Source of the DNA: Octopus sinensis | Lineage: Eukaryota | Assembly (NCBI RefSeq): GCF_006345805.1 | Contig: NC_042999.1 | Coordinates: 12,524,001-12,588,000 of the forward strand | Direction: 5' to 3' | Length of the DNA: 64,000 bases | Shown here: one piece after another, positions 48,320 to 60,754 of the stretch | How the letters are laid out: each line of letters opens with the position of its first letter | Numbering within the stretch: position 1 is the stretch's first letter | Made by a program: the position numbers and the translations under genes | The notes under the pieces: generated by a model | Databases searched by the model: none | The model's input: the letters and a program-made list of their open reading frames with translations, nothing else | Told to the model about the DNA's origin: nothing

Positions 48320-49054
48320 CTGGCCCCTACCTGGGACGTAGTCAGTCCACCTGTGCATACCTTCCTTCTTGTGACACTTGTGAAGACCTGTTGAGGCAAG
48401 TGAAAATCAAATCAAATCAAAACAAATCAAAATAGATGAACATCAATGGAATTTGTATCTTTGTGGTACCAGTGCCGGTGGCACGTGGCACATAAGAAAA
48501 CCATCCGAACGTGGCCGTAGCCAGTACCGCATCGACTGGCCTCCGTGCTGTGGGCACGTAACAAGCACCATCCGATCGTGGCCGTCTGCCAGCCTCGTCT
48601 GGCACCTGTGTCGGTGGCACATAAAAAACACCATCCGAGCGTGGCCGTCTGCCAGCCTCGTCTGGCACCTGTGTCGGTGGCACATAAAAACACCATCCGA
48701 GCGTGGCCGTCTGCCAGCCTCGTCTGGCACCTGTGTCGGTGGCACATAAAAAACACCATCCGAGCGTGGCCGTCTGCCAGCCTCGTCTGGCACCTGTGTC
48801 GGTGGCACATAAAAAACACCATCCGAGTGTGGCCGTTTGTCAGCCTCGTCTGGCACCTGTGTCGGTGGCACATAAAATCACCCACTACACTCTCGGAGTG
48901 GTTGGCGTTAGGAAGGGCATCCAGCTGTAGAAACACTGCCAGATCTGACTTGACTGGTGCAGCTTTCGGGCTCCCCAGACCCCAGTTGAACCGTCCAACC
49001 CATGCTAGCATGGAAAGCGGACGTTAAATGATGATGATGATGATGATGATGATG
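48320..49054 (+). mobile_element. RTE 3'UTR copy
   Basis: gtgaagacctgttgaggcaagtg...ggcgttaggaagggcatccagc...gcggacgttaaatgatgatgat. Confidence 0.9.
48568..48878. repeat. 62-63-bp minisatellite, 5 units, in RTE 3'UTR
   Basis: ccatccga starts at 48568, 48631, 48693, 48756 and 48819. Confidence 0.92.
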
Positions 49055-49316
49055 GGGAGAGTCATTCTCTTTTACTGCCTTATTATTTAACACACTCACT
49101 GGTAAATACATGCATACATACATATGTATGCACACACACTTGTGCACAAACAAGCAAAAAGAACGCAGCTCAGATAACGGACAGAGTCAACAACTATTGA
49201 AAAGTTTGCAAGTCACAACGAAAATTTTAGGGAAAATAAATAAGTAAATGAGTGGAAACTTTACCAGTGAGTGTGTTAAATAATAAGGCACTAAAAGAGA
49301 ATGACTCTCTCCAGAC

Positions 49317-49363
<47 letters not shown>

Positions 49364-49366
<3 letters not shown>

Positions 49367-49765
49367 TCATCATCATCATCATCATTTAGCGTCCGTTCTC
49401 CATGCTAGCATGGGTTGGACGGTTCAACTGGGGTCTGTGAAGCTGGAAGGCTTCATCAGGCCCAGTCAGATCTGGCAGTGTTTCTACGGCTGGATGCCCT
49501 TCCTAACGCCATCATCATCATCATCGTTTAACGTCCGTTTTTCCTGCTAGCATGGGTTGGACTGTTCATCCGGGGTCTGGGAAACCAGGAGGCTGCACCA
49601 GGCTCCAGTCTGATCTGGCAGTGTTTCTACAGCTGGATGCCCTTCCTAACGCCAACCACTCCGAGAGTGTAGTGGGTGCTTTTTACGTGCATGGAAGCCA
49701 GTCAACCACACATGGATGGTTGGTGTTTTTTACGTGCCACTGGCATAGGTGCCAGGGGAGGCTGG
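49364..49765 (-). mobile_element. Two abutting short RTE 3' ends
   Basis: Two (CAT)n tails at about 49364 and 49510, each followed by cgtcc..catgctagcatgggttggac..gatgcccttcctaacgcc. Confidence 0.85.
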
Positions 49766-49780
49766 TATATATATATATAT

Positions 49781-50088
49781 CACCGTGATCACCGTGACCA
49801 ACCAGGCTATCAGATGTTGCTACACATCGCTGGTCACAATGCGCTTTGCATTGTTTTAGCCTTCAAATGATGCCACCCCGCTGGCTAAGTGAGCAGGCCA
49901 ACAGAAGAAAGAGTGAGAGAAAATTGTGGCGAAAGAGTACAACAGGGATCGCCACCTCCCCCTGCCGGAACTTCGTGGAGCTTTAGGTGTTTTCGCTCAA
50001 TAAACACTCACAACGCCTGGTCTGGGAATCGAAACCACGATCCTACAACCGCGAGTCCGCTGCCCTAACCACTAGGCCATTGCGCCTC

Positions 50089-50090
<2 letters not shown>
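49781..50090 (-). mobile_element. tRNA-derived SINE, well preserved
   Basis: Reverse complement: ggaggcgcaatggcctagtggttagggcagcgg...ggtttcgattccc (A and B boxes). Confidence 0.85.
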
Positions 50091-50145
<55 letters not shown>

Positions 50146-50203
50146 ATTGGTGAATTGAAGAAATGGAGCTGAACGGAGATTGAACAGAAATCGTTTTATT
50201 TCA

Positions 50204-50283
50204 TTCTACACGTGTTTCGAAAGGCACAAATTACCAAAATCCGATTGAATAATGGGACCATATTGTGTCTTTCTCTTCAGGAA
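50204..50283 (-). ncRNA. Minimal type-I hammerhead ribozyme in the 3' pseudo-LTR
   Basis: Reverse complement: ttc-CTGAAGA-gaaagacaca...tgtgcctttc-GAAAC-acgt-GTA-gaa. Confidence 0.85.
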
Positions 50284-50897
50284 GAAAAAAGGAAATCCGT
50301 TGGAAAAACAAAAACAGAACAGAGGCGGAGCAAAAAGCAAATCGAACTGTGCTCCTAAGAGCCCATGGCGAAACTGTTTATCAGTGTATGTTGAGAACCG
50401 GTGGCTGAAGAATTCAACGGGTCAGGCATCAGTCAATCATGTGGGTGAGGGTGTATAGATGTTCTTTGTGACCGAGAATAAAGTTCTGACTATTTAAAGA
50501 ATATTGGATGTTTTATAAGGGGCGAGAAAAAATCTACTTAGAGACGTGTGTGTGTGTATACTGTTCTATATATGTGTGTGTTGGCGTAGGGGTAGAAAAC
50601 ATTTTTTGTGTACGTGTGTGCGTTTGATCGTTCGGCTGTCAGTGGCTACTGCCGTGATAACCGTTGGGTGGCAGAAAGAAAAAAATTAAAAAATTTATAT
50701 ATATATATTATGTTTTATGTGTGTGTGTGTGTGTTCATCTAAGCCTGCCTTGTCAAGGAAACCCCCCGCTGTGAAAAAACCAAGCCCCGTTTGTCTTACA
50801 GGAGTAATTTCCCTTGCAGTGGTTAATCGTAGATATCTTAAAGGCTATTTCAGAATTTGTTACCAAGGGCTATGGGTGCCGGTATTATTTATAAACG

Positions 50898-52790
50898 CTA
50901 TTTAAAGGCCAGATAAGTGTAACGCCGCCAATGAGGGCATCGAAAAGCCGACTGTAAGAGCCCGTTTACCATCCGGCCTCTGGCAAACAAAATATGGAAG
51001 AGTTCGGAGACACAAAGGTTGCACTGTCTTCTGCCCCTATCAAATGGGAGGGCCACCGACAAAATTGACCATTCCAGCCTATAGCTTAAGTTCGCATCCT
51101 TCAGTCGCCATATTAGCTTACTGAGTCCCGTGGTCTGGCGCTTGTTCACGTCCCGAAAAGTTGCGTAATGGTTGGAGACACGCAAAGACAATCTTGAGGA
51201 TGATGCCCCTACATAAGTGAAGGCAACTGAGTCCGTGTAAACCTTGCATTGGTAGACGGCGTTTTTGATCTTGGAGTTCGCCGACGTGAATCTTAATCTG
51301 CTAGGATTGGTTTCTGATATTAGAACTGCGTTCCTGTCACTATATTCGTTCCGAGACCTGCAGCCGCTTACTACTCTATTTTCCACTACGTCACTATTAA
51401 CTATAGGAATAACCCCTGATTCTCCACTATCTATCAGAGTGCTGTCATTGCTACTGCCCGTGGTACTGCTATTGCGGGAAATGATGCTGGGGATGCTAAT
51501 GGGGCTCTCTACCCTACTCCCATTGTTACCGTCAACCACAACACCCCTATTTATAACTATACCCCTAGTGGGTACTCCCTGGCTGGAGCTGAGATTATGT
51601 GTCACTGTACTGGCTCTCATATCATTATTACTACTATAATTATTCCTACTGAGCATTAAACCGGGAGCGGAAGAGGCTGTGCCTCCGGAAAAAGGTGATA
51701 GGGTCTTAGTAAGTAGCCTATTATTATGGGAGGCGATTATCTGGGCGAGGTTTTTAGTGTTGGAGAAAGCTATCCTAACTTTATGTGAGTTAACCGTGGA
51801 GTAATATTTGGAATTTCTGGGGAAGTTATTGGCGATGGCTTGTCTAAACATGAGGGGGAGGTTAGTTCTAATCTGCTTACCAAAGGGGATTACAAACCAT
51901 ATATGCTTATTCCTATCAGTGTGATGGGTCGGGACGCCAGCTCTCGCATTCGGGTGGGTGATTCTCGGATGAATAACGGGTCTTGGGTTAGTGTAAGACC
52001 TCCCGGACCGATAATTATCCTTGTTCGCTAAATTAAATGCGGGAGCGACTACCCCGGCATCCGCCGCGCTCCCGTCCTTACTTAAAATGTTAATGTTATT
52101 ATATACGGCCCTATCCTGATGACCGAATGATGGCATCGGAAGGGCCGGATCAATATAAATTACCTTCTGCCTATAACCGGCCTTGGATAGTGCGGCGTTA
52201 TAAAAATCCGCTTTCTGCATAAAAATATCGGCACTGGCGGACAAGCCAGACAATCTTAGAGAGATGTTTTTAACCAAATTGTCTGTTACGGTTTTGGCAT
52301 GATTTGAGAAGACACTGACATACTTCAAATTAGTGGAAGGCTTATGGTAAGGGCAGTATGAGTCGCTATTAAGGTTAAGTGTAACGTCTAGGAAATTAGC
52401 CTTGGTGAGTTCATTATCAAAAACTATACTCATGCCCATTCTATTAAAAACCTAGCTAACCTGCTCTTAGTTTTCTGCACTATTCTGTTCGTGGTGTTTT
52501 GCAGGTAAAACAGACAATCGTCACGATACAGGCCGCCCGCGATCTCCGGGAATTGATCGGACAATTCGTAGAGAATATATATTCCGACCAAATCGGCTAT
52601 CTGCGCACTATCCGAACTACCCATAGGCACATCAAATTCATTGGGAGTATCTTTACGGATCCACAACTTATTATCAAACTTAATAAACGATTTCCTGGCA
52701 ACTAAAATGATATCTATCTCTTCTCTGGTGAGGCCAGCCTTGTTGTGAGCATGCCAGAGGGCCTTAGTGTGCTAAATAAGGCCCTCTGTG
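50898..52790 (-). pseudogene. PLE RT plus GIY-YIG endonuclease, one frameshift near 52450
   Basis: FDVPMGSSDSAQIADLVG, GLYRDD, NFLDVTLNL, YCPYHKP, HIWFVIPF, IIASHN, AVYQC...YVGAS...R..NH, LSKLIWRLK...WSIL...CNLC; frames 52430-52666 and 50898-52439 join if one T is added to a T5 run. Confidence 0.9.
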
Positions 52791-53140
52791 TGCTAAATAA
52801 GGCCAGAGGGCCTTAGTGTGCTAAATGTTTTCTACCCCTACGCCAACACACACATATATAGAACAGTATACACACACACGTCTCTAAGTAGATTTTTTCT
52901 CGCCCCTTATAAAACATCCAATATTCTTTAAATAGTCAGAACTTTATTCTCGGTCACAAAGAACATCTATACACCCTCACCCACATGATTGACCGATGCC
53001 TGACCCGTTGAATCTTCAGCCACCGGTTCTCAACATACACTGATAAACAGTTTCGCCATGGGCTCTTAGGAGCACAGTTCGATTTGTTTTTTGCTCCGCC
53101 TCTGTTCTGTTTTTGTTTTTCCAACGGATTTCCTTTTTTC

Positions 53141-53220
53141 TTCCTGAAGAGAAAGACACAATATGGTCCCATTATTCAATCGGATTTTGGTAATTTGTGC
53201 CTTTCGAAACACGTGTAGAA
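53141..53220 (+). ncRNA. Minimal type-I hammerhead ribozyme in the inverted 5' pseudo-LTR
   Basis: ttc CTGAAGA gaaagacaca [35 nt] tgtgcctttc GAAAC acgt GTA gaa; predicted cut after 53217. Confidence 0.85.
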
Positions 53221-53566
53221 TGAAATAAAACGATTTCTGTTCAATCTCCGTTCAGCTCCATTTCTTCAATTCACCAATAATGTTTTAATTTCAATTATCC
53301 GCACCAACGCACGGTTGCAACGCCAGATGGTTGTACCTCCAACCGTGCTGTTTACTGCTGTGATTTTTGCTACTAAGGTATCGGTTAAACTTTTGATTAA
53401 TCTACTACAAGATTATTCATCTTTCTATTTCACATAATATATATATATATATATATATTTGATTAGATGTTATGTTAACCTCATGAAAGGATGGTTTCAT
53501 CCAAGGAAATGCAGGTTCAATACCTAGTATTTTGGGGGGAATTAATTTCCTTAAAATAACAGGTAT

Positions 53567-53604
<38 letters not shown>

Positions 53605-53607
53605 CAA

Positions 53608-56600
53608 CACAGGTACAAGACTATCTGAGCAGGGAACACTGACGGGGTTGGAGGTGTGGGTATACTTTTCGCTGAAAAATGGGTAGATAAGGTAATTGAG
53701 GTAATCAGAGTATGTGACAGAATACTTAAAATTAGATTAGTGCTTCATCATGGATTAGCAACCAGACGATGATGATGATGATATATTGGCCTATGCCCCT
53801 CAGCCAGGGCTACCCGATGGACAGAAAGACCGATTCTATCACGCCCTACTGCAGACTACCTCGTTGACGAACGACAGAGACCTTCTCTTTGTGGCTGGTG
53901 ACTTCAATGGGCATGTTGGACGACATGCTGGGTCTTCCATGGCGTACATGGAGGCTATGGTTATGGTTCCCGCAATGAGGAGGGAACCAGGCTGCTGGAG
54001 TTCTGCGATGCAAATGATCTTATGGTTTGCAACACTAACTTCAGGAAGCCTACTAGCCACCTAGTCACCTACTGATCGGGTCGACATACCAGCCAAATTG
54101 ACTACATCCTTGCCAGGAAAAAGGAAAGATGGCTGCTTATAAATGCCAAAACCTTCCCAGGCGAAGAATGTACCCGACAACATAGACTGGTAGTTAGTGA
54201 CTTTAGGATCAGGACTAAGAGGACGACCAGAAGATGACCAACATGGAGAAGAAGGATCTGGAAGCTTAAAGATCCTGCAATTGGACAGAGATTTAGGGAC
54301 ATATTACTTGAAACCTTTGACGAAGTAGAAGGGGATATAGCTTCACATAGGGTAGAAGACAACTGGAGGATTCTAAGGGACAACCTGCTGAAAGTCACTG
54401 ACCAGATCTGTGGCTGGTGCAAAGTCCCCTCTCGACCTAAAATAACGTGGTGGTGGAACAGTGTTGTAGACAGGGCTATTAGAGAAAAGAGACAGACTTG
54501 GAAGCACTGGAAGAATGGGGGTAGCAGGGAATTGTATCAGACTGCCAAAAGAGAAGCTAGGAGACCGGTCTATCTAGCCAGAGGGGAAGCAGATAAGAAA
54601 AAAATTGCCAATGTTCTGCACCGTGAGGACCAAAGACTTGAGGTATATCGCGTTGCAAGACAGTGTGTGAGAGAGAATCGTGATGTGGTAGGAGAGAAAT
54701 GTGTTCGCATGGATGATGGTTCACTTGCGCTAAATGAGGATGCAAAGAGAGAGGTTTGGAGATGCCACTATGAAAGGTTGCTGAATAAAGAAAATGAATG
54801 GGATAAAGAGAGTCTGCCGAATGTCGACCCAACAGAGGGACCAGCTATCCAAGTTGACAGTTCCTTGGTAGTTAAGGCAATTAGAAGTATGAAGACAGGG
54901 AAAGCCCCAGGCCCATCAGGAATCACTGCAGAGATGCTCAAAATATCTGGCAGTGTCGGCTATAGCCTTGTCACCCGTATAGTTAACCAGGTGATACACG
55001 AAGGAGTCATTCCCAATGACTGGTGTAGCAGCATAATAGTCAACTGCTACAAAGGTAAAGGTGATGCCCTAGATACAAATAATTACAGAGGTATCAAGCT
55101 GTTGGATCAGGTAATGAAGGTTATGGAGAGTGTCATAGCCCAACTAATTAGAGAGAGAGTTAGTTTAGATGAGATGCAGTTTGGGTTTGTGCCAGGGAAA
55201 AGTACCACTGATGCTATATTCCTGGAAAGACAACTGCAGGAAAAATATCTAGCCAAAGATAAGCCTCTGTACCTGGCTTTTATTGACATGGAGAAAGCTT
55301 TCGACAGGGTCCCCCAGTAACCTTATCTGGTGGTCAATGAGGAAACTAGGGATAGATGAATGGTTAGTGAGAGCTATGCAAGCCATGTACAGGGATGCTG
55401 CTACTAAGGTGAGGGTTGGCAACGAGTACAGTGAAGAATTTCGGGTAGAGGTAGGGGTCCACCAAGGTTCAGTCCTCAGCCTCCTCCTATTTATCATAGT
55501 GCTCCAGGCAATAATGAAGGAATTCAAGACAGGATGCCCCTGGGAGCTCCTCTATGCTGATGACCTTGCTCTAATTGCTGAGTCACTATCAGAACTGGAG
55601 GAGAAGTTTCAGGTGTGGAAGCAAGGATTAGAATCGAAGGGCCTTAGAGTCAACCTAGCTAAAACCAAAGTAGGAAGGTAGACAAGTCACAAATGCCTTC
55701 AGGTAGATGTCCTTGCTCGATCTGTAGAAAAAGCGTAGGTAGAAACTCTATAAGATGCACCAAGTGTAAGCTATGGACACATAAGAGGTGCAGCAATGTC
55801 ATAGGAAAGCTAACTAGGAAGATGGTTTTTGTATGTGGCAGATGCTCAGGGACAATAAACACTGAAAATGTGCAGAGACCATCTTCCGCCACATCCCAGG
55901 GAGAAAAACTAGAAGTAGTTGATAGCTTCCGTTACCTAGGTGACCAAGTCAGTAGCAGGGGCTGGTGTGTTGAAAGTGTAACTGCTAGAGTAAGAATAGC
56001 CTGGGCAAAGTTCAGAGAGCTCTTACCCCTGCTGGTGACAAAAGGCCTCTTGCTCAGAGTAAAAGGCAGACTGTATGATGCATGTGTACGAACAGCCATG
56101 CTACATGGCAGTGAAACATGGGCTGTGACTGCTGAGGATATGTGTAAGCTCGCAAGAAATGAAGCCAGTATACTCCGATGGATGTGTAATGTCAGTGTTC
56201 ATACTCGACAGAGTGTAAGTACCTTGAGAGAGAAGTTGGACCTAAGAAGCATCAGTTGTGGTGTGCAAGAGAGACGTTTGCACTGGTATGGTCATGTGGC
56301 GAGAATGGATGAAGATAGTTGTGTGAAAAAGTGCCACACGCTAGCGGTTGAGGGAACCTGTGGAAGAGGTAGACCTAGGAAAACCTGGGATGAGGTGCTG
56401 AAGCACGACCTTCAAACTTTAGGTCTCACCGAGGAAATCACTAGAGACCGAGACCTTTGGAAGTATGCTGTGTGTGAGAAGACCCGGCAGGACAAGTGAG
56501 ACCATAGCCCATGACCTCAGTCCACCTATGCATACCGTTCCTTCTTGGGACACAAAACTCTACTTGTGAAGACCTGTTGAGGCAAGTGAAATCAAAAGCT

Positions 56601-56900
56601 AAATTGATCAACATCAATGGAAATTGTAGCTGTGATACCATTGCCGGTGGCACATAAGAGAACCATCCGAACGTGGCCATTGCCAGTGCTGCCCCGACTG
56701 GCTTCCCTGCCGGTGGCACGTAAAAAGCACCCACTACAATCATGGAGTGGTTGGCGTTAGGAAGGGCATCCGGCCGTAGAAACATTGCCAGATCAGACTG
56801 GGCCTGGTGCAGCCTTCTGACTTCCGAGACCCCAGTTGCGCCGTCCAACCCATGCCAGCATGGAAAGCGGACGCTAAACGATGATGATGATGATGATGAT
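53608..56900 (+). mobile_element. RTE-clade LINE, 5'-truncated, disrupted
   Basis: EN fragments 53640-54500, RT 54532-55681 (YADD), ORF 55693-56499, 3'UTR and (GAT)n tail to about 56900. Confidence 0.95.
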
Positions 56901-57219
56901 GAACACTCTGTTTATATTCATTTAGAGAAGAAAGAGAAAATGGGGATTGGGAAGCTAATAACTGTTTATTATGAACAGCAAATTCATCATCTTCCCTTAC
57001 AGCTGTTTCAGTGAATACTCAGTAAATATTAAGTAAATATCAAATTTATATTTATATGACCTGAGCATAATATCTTCAGTGGGGGAAAAATATACTTTTG
57101 GATGTTTTCTATGTGCTTATGGATTCATTATGGCTGACTCAGAAGATGATTAATTTGCTGTTAGTAATAAACAGTTATTAACTTCCCAATCCCTATTTTC
57201 ATTTTCTTCTTTTATAAAC

Positions 57220-57253
<34 letters not shown>

Positions 57254-57347
57254 AACACATACATTCCTACACATACATACCTACTTATTTACCTACATCC
57301 ATACACAAATGCTTACATATACATACATACATATATGTATATATATA

Positions 57348-57378
<31 letters not shown>

Positions 57379-57987
57379 CATCCCTATATACATACTTACA
57401 TATACATATATACATACATATGTACATAAGCAATCCTTCACATCCTTCCCTTTAACAATGTCTTACTTCCAATTGAACAACTTGGCACCCAGTAAAGTTT
57501 CAATAATTTTCCCCCAAAAGAATGGAAATGAATAATTGTTTTTATAAATAACAGATTAAGGAGTGACAAACCCATAAACAACTCAATTAAAGGAGGCTTT
57601 TGTCCTGGTATTTAGCCCTGACATTGCTCCAATAAGGTTTCTCCCTTATAAACTAGCACATTTCTTGAATAAAAAATACTTTTTTCTTGTGCCTTTTTCT
57701 GCTTTTTCCCATTAGTATACTAAGCACTTTACTGTTAGCTACAACCCCACCACACACTTTCCATCTACCAATATTTTGCTCTGTTAAGCAGCAGGGTAAA
57801 TAGTACACACACATGCATGTATATATATTTGTGTGTGTGAGTGTGTTAGTGTATGTGTGCGTGTCTATGTGTGTATGTATGTATGTATGTATGTATGTGT
57901 GTGTTTCATATATATATGTTTATATTTATATTTATTTATATATACATACACAAACATTTATATAAATATATCACCATGTATGTAATG

Positions 57988-58023
<36 letters not shown>

Positions 58024-58034
58024 ATAGATATATG

Positions 58035-58089
<55 letters not shown>

Positions 58090-58178
58090 ATATACACACA
58101 TACATACAGATAGATAGATATAAAGAGAGAGAGAGAGATACATATTATATACTGCATATATCTATGTGTGTGTGTATG

Positions 58179-58235
58179 TCATCATCATCATTGTCATTTA
58201 ACGTCTGCTTTCCATGCTGGCATGGGTTGGACGGT
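58179..58235 (-). mobile_element. Very short RTE 3' stub
   Basis: catcatcatcattgtcatttaacgtctgctttccatgctggcatgggttggacggt. Confidence 0.75.
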
Positions 58236-59171
58236 ATGTGAATATATATATATATATATATATTTCTCTCTGCTCTTAATTTTAGCTTCTTTTTTGCTGT
58301 TGTAGTGTAAAAAATTATGTATTATATACATTATGTCTATATTTTTGTTAAGGCAGTTGGACAAATGACATTATATAGCCGAGAGATTTTTGTTATCAAA
58401 TTGTCAGGAAAAGCTGGTGGGAATAATAGGATTTGAATGATCAGCCAAGTGTGCTATCAACATTAGAAGTTTGGAATGTTTTTGAGCTGGGAGGATGAGA
58501 AGAAGTATTGAGGTTTCAAAAGAGCAAGTTGGTTCATGAGAAAGAATCAAGACGTCTTTGGGGATAAAAACAAAACAAAAAATATTTGAAACAATTCTGT
58601 ATACTGAAAATCTGTAACAGCAAGAGAGAAGAATTTGCTGCTGTGGACTGAAGCTGACTCAAGTTCAAATGACTGAAATCTCATTGTTTTTGTTCTGCAT
58701 CTGTTTTTCATGCTTGCATTGATTGGATGATTATACCATTTAAGGCATTGTTTTACTGCTGAATACCCATTCTGAGGCTAACCCTGACCTGTTTCCCACA
58801 TGGCTTTGAAGGTACAAAGTGACTGGATGTTTTTTTTTTTTAGGTGGATGACTGAGAACAACAACACTGACAGATAAATCTATTGTACAGGTGATTGCAG
58901 GTGCAAGCAAACAGAGAAACAGTTAGACATGTCCCCACCCCCACCCCCACACAGACAATGGCCTTTCAATGTCCATCTACCAAATCCACTCATCCACTTT
59001 GTATGCCCTTGGTTGGCTCAGAGATATTGTAAGGAGACATTTGCTGAAAGTACTGTGCTGTGGGACTGAACCTGGAACAATATGACTGGGAAGTGAACAT
59101 CCATCCATGCCTGCCCATGCTGGAGCTACGTCTGACCTCATGCCTGACCCAAGCACCTGCTCCAAAGAGAT

Positions 59172-59430
59172 ATAATATATATTTCTTTACTACCCACAAG
59201 GGGCTAAACACAGAGGGGACAAACAAGGACAGACACACGGATTAAGTCAATTACATCGACCCCAGTGCGTAATTGGTATTTATTTATCGACCCCGAAAGG
59301 ATGAAAGGCAAAGTTGACCTCAGCGGAATTTGAACTCAGAACGTAATGGCAGACGAAATACGGCTATGCATTTCACCCGGAGTGCTAACGTTTTGCCTGG
59401 CGTGCTAACGTTTCTGTCAGCTCGCCGCCC
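59172..59430 (+). mobile_element. Nin-domain SINE
   Basis: atcgaccccgaaaggatgaaaggcaaagttgacctcagcggaatttgaactcagaacgtaa. Confidence 0.8.
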
Positions 59431-60754
59431 AAACAGATATAATAGAAAGAGAAAGAAGATAAGCTGAACAGTGTTGAGTAGTTGTCTGCTGAAGTGAATT
59501 TATCATTTGATAACAGAAGCAGAGAAGGTCATGGCAGATAATAACGAATGTACGTTGAAGGGCATTTTGATGAAATGGAAGCAATTAGATTTGCTGGAAG
59601 GCATATTGGGAGACAACAACTGATGTGCACAAATCATCATCATCATTGTCAGCATTACTCTCATTGTCATCATCATTATCGTCGTCATCTTCATTATCAT
59701 AATCACCATCACCATCATCATCATCATCATCTTTTAGCATCTGTCTTCACTGTTGCCATGGGTTGGATGGTCTGACAGAATCTGACAGGTCAGAGGACCA
59801 CATGGTGCTCCATTGCCTACTTTGGCAGGGTTTCTATGTCAGATGCCCTTCCTAAAACCATTTGCTTTACAGTGTGTAGACTGGGTGCTTTTTTAATGCC
59901 ATCAGCATCAGATTTCTTGCAGTAGAGGAGCTACATGGCTACTCACATTATAGAAGAGTGGTCAGAGTAGAGGTGGAAAAAGATAAAAATAATGGCAATG
60001 AAATGTCAAGGTTGACACTCAAGGAACAAAGTATGTGATGGGGGACAGGAGAATATAAAGTGTGGATAAGCAGAGCTTATAAACGTGTATGGGAGAATTG
60101 GGGATGGTTGTAGATAAGGAATGGATGAGAGGGTGAATAGAATGAAGAACAAGTGTTGAAGGATGATAAGTAGGGAAGGGGAAGAGCAGGTGAAAACTGT
60201 TGAAATTGGGTAGGATTAAGAGGTGGCCAATGGTACCTGAGTTGAGGGGTGGTAGAGAGATTATCTCTGGCCGGCACTGATTTGTTATGGCATTTCATAT
60301 CCAACTGCATCTCATGTGAACAAAGTGATCGATGATGAGAAAATAGGTAATGGGGTGTATATACATATCTTAGGAGTTCTTGCCCCTTCTATTAAGCACC
60401 ACATCCAACTCATTCAGCATCCACAAACACACATGGCTTAAATAGCTATGAAGTATAGTGGTGTAACACAATATTGGACAGACCAGTTTTATACATTAAA
60501 CACATTCCTGGCAACTGGTACATACAAATCAGTGTTGGCTGTAAATTCTTTAGAAAATCTGTAAAAATAACCTTAAAAAGTGATTTAATTGCACTGCTAA
60601 CACAGCAGGACACAGTATTGACTCCTTCTTTGTAGTATGTTATGGCTGCATAACGAAATACAGTGTCCTTACAAGTAATTAAAATAGGAGAAGAGATGAA
60701 TGATTGCAGAAAAGGGTGTGGAGGAAGTGAAAAGCAACAGAATAGTAATAATAA

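Larger units (their letters stand above)
50137..53287 (-). mobile_element. Penelope-like element (Naiad-like), 5'-truncated, with inverted pseudo-LTRs
   Basis: 50137-50604 and 52823-53287 are near-perfect inverted copies flanking an RT plus GIY-YIG ORF. Confidence 0.92.

Noticed and set aside
52430-52432. TGA in the PLE RT as a selenocysteine codon
   Set aside because: Explained by a 1-bp deletion in a T run; the downstream RT continues in another frame
59503-59775. Poly-Met and poly-His ORFs
   Set aside because: (CAT)n microsatellite, probably an expanded RTE tail
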